Of a DNA stretch of 64,000 nucleotides, positions 13,063-25,356 are shown one piece after another; the stretch's first letter is position 1, and each line of letters starts with the position of its first letter. The notes under the pieces are model-generated. The model was not told the DNA's origin, made no database searches, and saw nothing but the letters and a program-made list of their open reading frames with translations. The translations under genes and the position numbers were made by a program. The DNA lies in assembly GCA_963809895.1 (NCBI GenBank), contig CAWELD010000003.1, forward strand, positions 1,088,001 to 1,152,000, given 5' to 3'. The DNA comes from an uncultured Gemmatimonadales bacterium. Its GTDB lineage: Bacteria; Gemmatimonadota; Gemmatimonadetes; Longimicrobiales; Gaopeijiaceae.

Positions 13063-14058
13063 TCAGCCCTCGTGGAGGGCCACGATCCGGGCGGCGCGCG
13101 GGTCGCGCCGACTGCTGCCTTCATTCCCCTGGCGACGATCGACCACGTACTTCGATCCCGGGAGGGACTTGGCGTAGCTCTTCATCTCGGCGGCCAACTC
13201 GCTCACCTGCCCCGTGTGCGTGAAGGGATGCAGCTGATTGGTGACCACACCGACGGACACGGTCATGAGCGGGACGCGGTGCACGTTGCCCCGCCGATCC
13301 TTGCCGAGGAAGTACCCCGCGCGGCGATCCTCCTCGGTGTACTGATAGGGGATGAGCTCGTCGAAGAGCGTGACGATCTCGTCGCAACAACGTTCGAGGG
13401 CCTCCATGGGCACGTTGTAGATGAAGTCGTCACCCCCGATGTGGCCCACGAAGCCCGTGGGCGCCAACGCCCGCACCACGTCCCGAAGGATGCGCGACAG
13501 GAGCAGGATCACCTTGTCGCCGGCATTGTAGCCGTAGCGATCGTTGAACTCCTTGAAGTGATCCAGGTCGGCGTAGCAGACCGCGAACGGACTGCCGGCC
13601 TCCATGCGCTCGAGCATGTCGCGCTCGATCTGCACCGTGCCCGGGAGCCGGGTGGTCGGATGGACCGAGACGTCACGGGCCGCCCGCCGCAACACGAGCT
13701 CCATGCGCAGCGACCACTCCCGCTCCGGGATCCCGTCCTCCAGCACCTCGTCGGCACCCGCCTGCAGGGCATCGGCGCCCATGTCCCGCTCCTCGGGAGG
13801 CACCACCACGACGATGGGCACGATGGCCGTGAAGGAATCGTTCTTCAGCTCCCGGGTGAGATCGAGGACCTCACGGGGCCCCGCCGCGGCGTCGAAGACG
13901 AGACAGGCCGGAAAGGACCGGTTCATGAGCTGGCGCACGCCGTCCATGGTGCCCACGACCAGATGACGGAGGCCGTGAGCAGCGCAGAATTCGGCGACTC
14001 TGCGGTGCGAGCGTGGTCGGTCCGGGCCGTAGAAGGCGAGGGTCCGGGCAGGTGGCAT
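13063..14058 (-). CDS. Receiver-like plus GGDEF domain protein (putative diguanylate cyclase)
   Basis: DLDHFKEFNDRYGYNAGD and HIGGDDF; N-terminal REC-like segment (CLVFD, DALQAGADE). Confidence 0.85.
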   Translation of the reverse strand: MPPARTLAFYGPDRPRSHRRVAEFCAAHGLRHLVVGTMDGVRQLMNRSFPACLVFDAAAGPREVLDLTRELKNDSFTAIVPIVVVVPPEERDMGADALQAGADEVLEDGIPEREWSLRMELVLRRAARDVSVHPTTRLPGTVQIERDMLERMEAGSPFAVCYADLDHFKEFNDRYGYNAGDKVILLLSRILRDVVRALAPTGFVGHIGGDDFIYNVPMEALERCCDEIVTLFDELIPYQYTEEDRRAGYFLGKDRRGNVHRVPLMTVSVGVVTNQLHPFTHTGQVSELAAEMKSYAKSLPGSKYVVDRRQGNEGSSRRDPRAARIVALHEG

Positions 14059-14112
14059 GCGGTTCCGGGTCGGCGAGTGAGCGTCGATGGTATCCCCTGT
14101 CTTTGAAAGGTG

Positions 14113-16245
14113 TCAAACCCCGGCCGACGGCGGGAGGGTCCTGACCAGCACGAAGTCCACGTGACGCTCCTGCTTGTCCACCCGGGCCACCTGGATTCGC
14201 ACCCGATCACCCAACCGAAAGCGCCGTCCGCGGCGCGATCCCACCAACGCGTACTCCTGCTCGCGGAACTCGTAGTAGTCGTCCTCGAGGCTGTTCACGT
14301 GCACCAGCCCTTCGACGAAGTAGTCGTCGAGGAGGACGAAGCATCCGAAACTGGTCACTCCCGAGACCGTTCCTTCGAACTCCTCGCCCAGGTGGCGCTC
14401 CATGAACTCGATCTTCTTGAGCTCGACGCTGTCGCGCTCGGCCTGAGCCGCGGCCTGCTCGCGAAACGAGCTCCTGTCCGCGACCTCCTCCAGGTCGTCG
14501 GCCCAGGACTCGGGCACCGCGCGGCCCTCCACCAGCGCCCGTACCACCACGCGGTGGGTCACCAGGTCCGGGTAGCGACGGATGGGCGAGGTGAAGTGGC
14601 AGTAGAATTCCGCTGCCAACCCGAAGTGCCCCAGGTTCTCGGGGCTGTAGCGGGCCCGCTGCATGGACCGGAGAATCACCGTGCTCACCAGATTTTCTTC
14701 GGGCTTGCCCTCCACCCGGTCGAGGACCGCCTGGAGATGAGCCGGCTTCACCTTGCCCTTGGGCAGCGTATGGCCGAGCGAGGCCAGGAATTCGCGCAGG
14801 GACTCCATCTTCTCGCGCGTGGGTGGCTCGTGCACCCGGTAGAGGATGGGGAGCTTACGAGCCGACGCCTCGCGGGCCACGATTTCGTTGGCCATCAGCA
14901 TGAAGTCCTCGATGAGCCGGTGGCTCGCCAACCGCTGGACGCGGACGATGTCCACCGGAGCTCCCTCGGCATCCAGGATCACGCGCGCCTCGGGCAGGTC
15001 GAAATCGATGGATCCGCGGGACTCCCGGCGGGCCCGCAGGGCGCGGGCCAGCGTATCCAGCGTGCGCAGGTTGTCGTCGGTGGTGGCATCGAGGCGAGAC
15101 GAGCCGTCCAACACCTGCTGGACCTCCTCGTAGGCCAGGCGCCGTCGGCTGCGGAGGACCGTGCGGGCGAAGCGGTGCTCGCGCACGCGTCCCTCGGCGT
15201 CGAGGGTGGCGAAGAGACTCACCGCGAGCCGGTCCTCGTCGGGGCGCAGCGAGCAGGCGTCGGACGAAAGCGCATGGGGGAGCATGGGGACCACCCGGTC
15301 CACCAGGTAGACGCTGGTGCCCCGATTGAGCGCCTCCAGATCGACGGTACCGCCGTGGGGCACATAGGCCCCCACGTCGGCGATGTGAACGCCCACCTCC
15401 CAGAGCCCCTCCCCCAGGACTTTCACAGACAGGGCGTCGTCGTGGTCCTTGGCGTCGGCCGGATCGATGGTGAACACGTGCAGGTCTCGGATATCCTCGC
15501 GCCCGTCGCCCGGCTCCACGGGCAGCGAGGCGGCCTGCTCCTCGGCGGCCTTCTCGACGGCGGCGGGGAACTCCAGCGGCAGGCCGTGGCCGAAGAGCAC
15601 CGACAGGACGTCCACCCCCGGGTCGGACAGCGCTCCCAGCACGCGTTCCACCTCACCCATGGGGCCGTGGCGCCGCTCGCCGTACGACGTGATACCCACC
15701 ACCACGACGTCGCCGTCCGACGCATCGGCCTCGTCGCCCCACGGGATGAGGATGTCCGGGCCCATCTTGGGGTCCTGGGGGACCACGTAGCCCATCTTCT
15801 TGCCGCGGTGGAAGGTGCCGACGACGGTGGGATGGGCCCGCTCCAGCACCTTGATGACCCTTCCGACGGGATTGCGCCCGCGGGGTCGCCGCTCGATGCG
15901 GACCACCACGCGGTCACCGTCCATGGCGGTGGCCAGATCCGACATGGGCAGGAAGACGTCCTCCTCCGAGGCGTCGTCGACCCGCAGGAAGGCGTCGCCG
16001 GACCGGATCGTGGAGACTCTGCCGCGCACGAGGCTGATGCGGTCCGGAGCCGCGTAGCGTCCTCCCTTGACCCGGTAGACCACGCCCCGCTGCTCCAGGT
16101 CGCGCAGAAGCTCACGGAAGTCGCGGTAGTCCTGACCCGAAACGTCCAGGCTGGAGGCCAGCGCCTTGGGCTTGAGCGGCCCCCGGCTCGAGCCCCGGAG
16201 GGCCTGCAGGATCTTGGATTCGTCGGGAAGTGGCTTGTCGCTCAC
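14113..16245 (-). CDS. rnr: Ribonuclease R
   Basis: TIDPADAKDHDDA catalytic motif, HFTSPIRRYPDL, N-terminal HTH/cold-shock and C-terminal S1 domains; start (GTG 16245) estimated. Confidence 0.93.
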   Translation of the reverse strand: MSDKPLPDESKILQALRGSSRGPLKPKALASSLDVSGQDYRDFRELLRDLEQRGVVYRVKGGRYAAPDRISLVRGRVSTIRSGDAFLRVDDASEEDVFLPMSDLATAMDGDRVVVRIERRPRGRNPVGRVIKVLERAHPTVVGTFHRGKKMGYVVPQDPKMGPDILIPWGDEADASDGDVVVVGITSYGERRHGPMGEVERVLGALSDPGVDVLSVLFGHGLPLEFPAAVEKAAEEQAASLPVEPGDGREDIRDLHVFTIDPADAKDHDDALSVKVLGEGLWEVGVHIADVGAYVPHGGTVDLEALNRGTSVYLVDRVVPMLPHALSSDACSLRPDEDRLAVSLFATLDAEGRVREHRFARTVLRSRRRLAYEEVQQVLDGSSRLDATTDDNLRTLDTLARALRARRESRGSIDFDLPEARVILDAEGAPVDIVRVQRLASHRLIEDFMLMANEIVAREASARKLPILYRVHEPPTREKMESLREFLASLGHTLPKGKVKPAHLQAVLDRVEGKPEENLVSTVILRSMQRARYSPENLGHFGLAAEFYCHFTSPIRRYPDLVTHRVVVRALVEGRAVPESWADDLEEVADRSSFREQAAAQAERDSVELKKIEFMERHLGEEFEGTVSGVTSFGCFVLLDDYFVEGLVHVNSLEDDYYEFREQEYALVGSRRGRRFRLGDRVRIQVARVDKQERHVDFVLVRTLPPSAGV

Positions 16246-16253
16246 GATGGGTC

Positions 16254-17099
16254 TCAGGGTGTGGGAACACGGAGCACGAGCATGGGACGGCGCCGCCCAC
16301 TCCATCCGTCCGGGACCAGGCTCACGCCCAGGCTCACGGGCGACGGTCTGCCCAGTCGCGCCGTCACGTACGCGTCGACGGCGCTGAGCACGTGGTTCGC
16401 CGCCACGGCGACCAACGCCAGCGACGCCCTGCGAAAGCGCTCGTCGCTGTCGTGGATCAGGCCCTGGAAGCGCTCCAGCTCCGCCGACGCCGACGACCAG
16501 TCCCAGGTCAGGGTGTCAGGATAGGCTCGGCGCCGGTAGTAGTCGAGCGCCTCGCCGTAGCCCGGCGCGTCGGGGTCGGCCTCCACGTCTCCGCCCAGGA
16601 AGATGTCCGCGGCGAGCTTCCACTGGGCGCCGTTGTAGGTGTCGGGACGTCGTTCGGGCTCGAGAACCGGCGTGCGCGGGTCCATGTCGAAGCGGCCCGA
16701 GCGCAGCCAATGCGACATGCGCTCGTAGTAGTCGAAATCTCCGTCGACCCGGGGCTCCGGGGCGCCGCGCGCGGTGGACCACGCGAGATCGCGGTAGCCG
16801 TCGCGAAGGCGATACCCGTCGGCGCGAGCGTCGAAGTGCACCACCAGGGCCGCCACCTCCACGCCGGCGAAGATCAGCCAACGTCGGCGACGCTGGAGGA
16901 ACTGCCCGGAGCCGGGCAGGACCGCCGACGCTGCCACTGGCACGCCCAGGGGCAGCGGTCGAGGATCCGGGTCCAGTCCAGGGGTTACCCAACGGGTCCG
17001 CACCATGTCCGGGATCACGCGCGGGCCGGGGGTCTGAGCAGCGAGACGTCCGGTGGACAGAACGACCACGAGGGCGGCCGCGGCCGGGCCGGGTCGCAT
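16254..17099 (-). CDS. Exported/membrane hypothetical protein (DUF5683-like)
   Basis: Signal peptide; SAVLPGSGQF and LSAVDAYV motifs; coupled to the porV-like gene. Confidence 0.6.
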   Translation of the reverse strand: MRPGPAAAALVVVLSTGRLAAQTPGPRVIPDMVRTRWVTPGLDPDPRPLPLGVPVAASAVLPGSGQFLQRRRRWLIFAGVEVAALVVHFDARADGYRLRDGYRDLAWSTARGAPEPRVDGDFDYYERMSHWLRSGRFDMDPRTPVLEPERRPDTYNGAQWKLAADIFLGGDVEADPDAPGYGEALDYYRRRAYPDTLTWDWSSASAELERFQGLIHDSDERFRRASLALVAVAANHVLSAVDAYVTARLGRPSPVSLGVSLVPDGWSGRRRPMLVLRVPTP

Positions 17100-18100
17100 C
17101 AGAATACGTAGCCGAGCGTCAGGTGAACCGGCTCGGTCTCGCCGTTCAATCCGGTGGAGGCCAGCGACTTGCCGATCCCCAGCTCGAAGCTGTCATAGCG
17201 GAGGCCCACGCCCACGCCGGCGCCGTCCACCTGGAGTTCGGCACCGAACACGTACCCGGCCCGCACCACCAGCGACTGCTCGCCCCCGGCTCCGACCTCG
17301 GCGCCCACGTAGGTGGCGGGCGATCCTGGATCCCTCCAGCGCTCTTCCAACTCGACCGAGATCAGCGCGTGGAGCAGCGGGTCGTCGACGAAGTGACGGA
17401 GCACGTCGTAGGCGGCCCCCACCCGAAGCCGCGTCGGCTGCGGGTCGGACTGCTCCGCATTGATGAACTGAATCGAAGGGCCCGCATGCACGATGGCCGC
17501 ACCCAACCTCAGAGGAAGGCCCGCAACGTCGCGCCATTGCAACCCGGCATCCACCGAGTAGGTCGTGGCGGTGACGCCGGCATCGTTGCACTGACCCCGG
17601 CAGGTGATCCGTTGTTGGACCAGCTTGAGATTCACGCCGAGCGACACGGCTGACACCACTTCCGAGGCTACGGAAAGGATGCCCAGGTGATCCCGGAAGG
17701 AGACGTTGCCGAGCACGTTGCCGTTGTTGTCCCTGAGCTCGACGTCGGCTACGTCGGTGAGCTGATACGACAGGCCGACCACCCCCAGATTCGGGCGCGG
17801 GAAGAGAAAGCTCACCCCTGTCGCCTGCCCCGAGATGTCCTCGCCGCGCAAGAGCAGGGCTCGCCCCTCGGTCACCGTGCCGAGGCCCGCCGGATTCCAC
17901 CACACCGACTCGGGACCGTCGAGGGCGGTCATGGCCCGACCGAGGGCTATGCCGCGGGCGCCGACCGGCAGCAGGAGAAAGAGCGCCCCCTCGGAGGCCG
18001 ACGAGACGTCCTCCTCGTCCTGCGCGCGTAGCGGAGCGGGCATGAGCACCCCGCTCAGCGCCGCGACCATCAGACCGCTCAAGAGCACCCGTCTGATCAT
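17099..18100 (-). CDS. PorV/PorQ-family outer membrane beta-barrel
   Basis: Signal peptide, FLLLPVGARGIALGRA and WWNPAGL motifs, C-terminal LTLGYVF; ATG 18100 overlaps the era stop. Confidence 0.78.
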   Translation of the reverse strand: MIRRVLLSGLMVAALSGVLMPAPLRAQDEEDVSSASEGALFLLLPVGARGIALGRAMTALDGPESVWWNPAGLGTVTEGRALLLRGEDISGQATGVSFLFPRPNLGVVGLSYQLTDVADVELRDNNGNVLGNVSFRDHLGILSVASEVVSAVSLGVNLKLVQQRITCRGQCNDAGVTATTYSVDAGLQWRDVAGLPLRLGAAIVHAGPSIQFINAEQSDPQPTRLRVGAAYDVLRHFVDDPLLHALISVELEERWRDPGSPATYVGAEVGAGGEQSLVVRAGYVFGAELQVDGAGVGVGLRYDSFELGIGKSLASTGLNGETEPVHLTLGYVF

Positions 18101-19101
18101 GACTCCTCGTCCGGAACCCGATATCCCAACCGGGCGAGGTGATGCCGCTTCCGCCGCCACCCCGCGAGTGGTTTCACCCAGAGGTCGAGATACACGGGCC
18201 GCCCGAGAAAGGTCTCGATCTTCTGGCGGGAAGCGATGCCCAGCTTGCGTATGGCACGACCCCCCTGCCCCAGCAGGATTCCCTTCTGCGACGAACGCTC
18301 CACGTACAGGGTAACCTGGATGTAGACCGGGTCCTGCTGCTCGCGGAACTCCTCGACCTGGGTGGCCACCGCGTAGGGGATCTCCTCGTCGAACTGCTCG
18401 AACACCGTCTCGCGTACGAGCTCCGCGACGAAGAAGCGCACCGGTTGCGAGGCCAGATCCTCTTCCGGATAGAGGTGAGGCCCCGGAGGCAGCGCGGTCT
18501 CCAGCGCATCGATGAGGGTCGGCAGCCCGTCGCCCCGAAGACCGGATACCGGGATCACGCGCGCGCCCAGCGTATCGCGGCACCAGGTGCCCAGACGCTC
18601 CACATGCTCGGCCGGTGCCCGGTCGATCTTGTTGATGGCACAGATCACCGGCGCGTGCGCCTCGGCCAAGGCCTCGGCCACGGCGGCCGACTCCAGCTCT
18701 TCGACACCCCTCGCTCCGTCCACCACCAGGAGCACCACGTCGGCCTCGCGGAGCGCTTCGTGCGCCGCGTGCTTCATGGCACGCTGATGCAGATCCCGAA
18801 CCTCCAGGAGGCCCGGCGTGTCCAGGAACACCATCTGGATGTCCCCTTCCGTGCGGATTCCGGTAACGCGCTGCCACGTGGTCTGCGCCCGCGACGTCAC
18901 GATGGAAAGGCGACTCTCCACCAGCGCGTTCAGGAGGGTGGACTTCCCGGCGTTGGGACGCCCCACCAGGGCCACGTATCCGGCGCGGGTTCCGCCATCC
19001 GGGCGTTCGCCGTCCCTGTGCTCGCCGTCCGGGTGCTCAGCGGTCGGGCGCTCACCGTCTGGACGCTCGCCGTCCGCGGGGGTGTCGGTACTGGAAATCA
19101 T
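18097..19101 (-). CDS. era: GTPase Era
   Basis: GRPNAGKS, QTT, DTPG, NKID; KH domain with SQKGILLG and VYLDLWVK. Confidence 0.95.
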   Translation of the reverse strand: MISSTDTPADGERPDGERPTAEHPDGEHRDGERPDGGTRAGYVALVGRPNAGKSTLLNALVESRLSIVTSRAQTTWQRVTGIRTEGDIQMVFLDTPGLLEVRDLHQRAMKHAAHEALREADVVLLVVDGARGVEELESAAVAEALAEAHAPVICAINKIDRAPAEHVERLGTWCRDTLGARVIPVSGLRGDGLPTLIDALETALPPGPHLYPEEDLASQPVRFFVAELVRETVFEQFDEEIPYAVATQVEEFREQQDPVYIQVTLYVERSSQKGILLGQGGRAIRKLGIASRQKIETFLGRPVYLDLWVKPLAGWRRKRHHLARLGYRVPDEES

Positions 19102-19353
19102 GGCCTGAGAAGGTAAGCTCGGGTGGGCAGAATCAGAAACGCCCGCGCCAATTCCGGAGCCCGGCTCCAGCGGCGGGGCGGTCGGGTGCGGCGCGGGCGT
19201 CGGGCCCGGGCCGGCGGATCCGGCATTCCAGGGGCGGTCCAGGCCGCGCGTGGAGTATGCAGAAACGCCCGCCCGGGCTCAAAGTCCCGGACGGGCGTTT
19301 CGGTATAAAGGCTGGCGAGGTGACGTACTCCCCCACCGGGTCCCCCTTCAGGC

Positions 19354-19476
19354 GGGCACGTGAAATCGGCACCGGGCGTCGTCGCGGCGTCGGACTCGCT
19401 CGCTGCGACGTAGCGTCGGCTACGTCTCACTCGGCTCGCCTCGCGCTCCTACCCCGGCCCTCGATTTGACGCGCCC
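19354..19476. repeat. ~125 bp palindromic REP/MITE-like element
   Basis: Imperfect terminal inverted repeats GGGCACGTGAAATCG / CGATTTGACGCGCCC (13/15) and central perfect hairpin GACGTAGC-gtcg-GCTACGTC (19407-19426). Confidence 0.6.
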
Positions 19477-19514
19477 CCGACCGGGCCGCTGCCGGGGGGA
19501 CCCGGCGGGAGTAT

Positions 19515-19558
19515 GCAGAAACGCCCGCCCGGGCTCAAAGTCCCGGACGGGCGTTTCG
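19515..19558 (-). terminator. rRNA operon terminator
   Basis: GAAACGCCCGTCCGGG...CCCGGGCGGGCGTTTC hairpin immediately 3' of 5S. Confidence 0.75.
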
Positions 19559-19567
19559 GTATAAAGG

Positions 19568-19684
19568 CTGGCGATGACGTACTCTCCCACCGGGTCTCCC
19601 CGGCAGTACCATCCGCGCTGCGAGGCTTAACGGCCGTGTTCGGGATGGGAACGGGTGTGTCCCTCGCGCCAAGATCACCAGCCA
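19568..19684 (-). rRNA. rrf: 5S rRNA
   Basis: CACCCGTTCCCATCCCGAACACGG, GATGGTACTG and GGGAGAGTA motifs; ends approximate. Confidence 0.96.
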
Positions 19685-19887
19685 ATCTGTGCGGCCGCGG
19701 GTCCGTTCGTGATTCTACGGTCAGCGGGCCGTGTAGGCTGAGGGTCAGGGGAGGTGAGGTGGTGCGGACGCCTCGTACGGGTGTCGGGCGTTGTGTTCGT
19801 TGGTCCTGCGTAGTGCTGCTGCAGCTGTTGCTACTGCTGCGCCGTTTCCTGCTCGCGCCGATGGTCCGGCGGAGGGAGAACGGACTG

Positions 19888-22866
<2,979 letters not shown>

Positions 22867-23109
22867 AGCAGTCCGGTTCAGGCCCGCAGACACGCCCCGA
22901 AGGGCCCGCCGCACGCCTGAATCCTTCTCCCGCCAGTCCACCGAACGTCTCACTCCTGACACCACGTCGGCTTCGGGACCCTCTCCCGGACTGCGAAGAC
23001 CTCGCATTGGAGACGGCCCGAGCCTAAGGCATCACACAACACCTCACTTCCCTGACCCTGTAGTGCACACCGCAACTCCCCCCGTAGAAGGACTCGCCGC
23101 ATGCACCGC

Positions 23110-23122
23110 TTTTCAAACAGCA
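23110..23122 (-). promoter_or_regulatory. boxA-like antitermination site in the 16S-23S spacer
   Basis: TGCTGTTTGAAAA; related GCTGATTGAAAA in the leader (~24989-25000). Confidence 0.55.
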
Positions 23123-23260
23123 CGGTCCACGCTCGAACTGCAGACGTGGACCGTCGAATTGTGTAGAGAATCGCGATTTCGAGAGAGTAGGCGGGAAGAC
23201 CTGTGAGAGCCTTTCCGACTCGTGGGCCCCGTGAGGGGTCGAGCCTTACTCGGCATCTCC

Positions 23261-24827
<1,567 letters not shown>

Positions 24828-25090
24828 GAAAAAGCTTGAAACAGCTCTGCTCGAACGCGACCCTCTCCTGTTGGAGAGGTCGATTCGTTCGGAATCTACG
24901 TTGGTTACCCACTCGCGCTCGAAGGCGCGAACCCGGCAGGACGTAGTGCCTACCGGTCGTGGGCCCGCCCACTCTCTCAAAACCCCGATTTTCAATCAGC
25001 TTGGTGGCCCGGACCTGAGCGAGACTTCGTGCCCATCCGAGCAAAACGCAGCGGCCGGCGGTCCTGCCTCGGCTCGCTGCGAGGGCCCTA

Positions 25091-25119
25091 AGCTTAGCAA
25101 CCGGCGAAGGAGGTGTCAA
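25091..25119 (-). promoter_or_regulatory. Sigma70-type rRNA promoter
   Basis: TTGACA-17 nt-TAAGCT followed by a GC-rich discriminator, ~260 bp upstream of 16S. Confidence 0.8.
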
Positions 25120-25166
25120 CACCTCGTGACGACTTCCTTCCAGCGCCGCTCGCGGAGCCCCTCCAG

Positions 25167-25241
25167 GGTGAGCGACCGGACTTGAACCGGCGACCTCCAG
25201 GGCCACAACCTGGCGCTCTAACCACCTGAGCTACGCCCACC
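25167..25241 (-). tRNA. tRNA-His (GUG)
   Basis: Cloverleaf, anticodon loop TTGTGGC, encoded G-1, C discriminator; CCA not encoded. Confidence 0.95.
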
Positions 25242-25311
25242 ACAGGCTCCCGGGAGATCGGACCGCGATCCTCACCCCGCGGGCTCACCGGATTTCACCG
25301 GCGAGCAGAGA

Positions 25312-25340
25312 AAGGTATCAGCGCGCCGTGACGTCGTAAA
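25312..25340 (-). promoter_or_regulatory. Putative sigma70 promoter for tRNA-His
   Basis: TTTACG-17 nt-TACCTT. Confidence 0.5.
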
Positions 25341-25356
25341 GCACTTCGCGACGGGC

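Larger units (their letters stand above)
19252..19596. repeat. Direct repeat of 5S rRNA 3' end plus terminator (19252-19342 and 19508-19596)
   Basis: 67 nt identical (19252-19318 = 19508-19574), then near-identical 5S 3' sequence; offset 256 bp. Confidence 0.93.

Noticed and set aside
19252..19596. CRISPR array
   Set aside because: Only two long copies derived from 5S and its terminator; no regular repeat-spacer pattern and no cas genes
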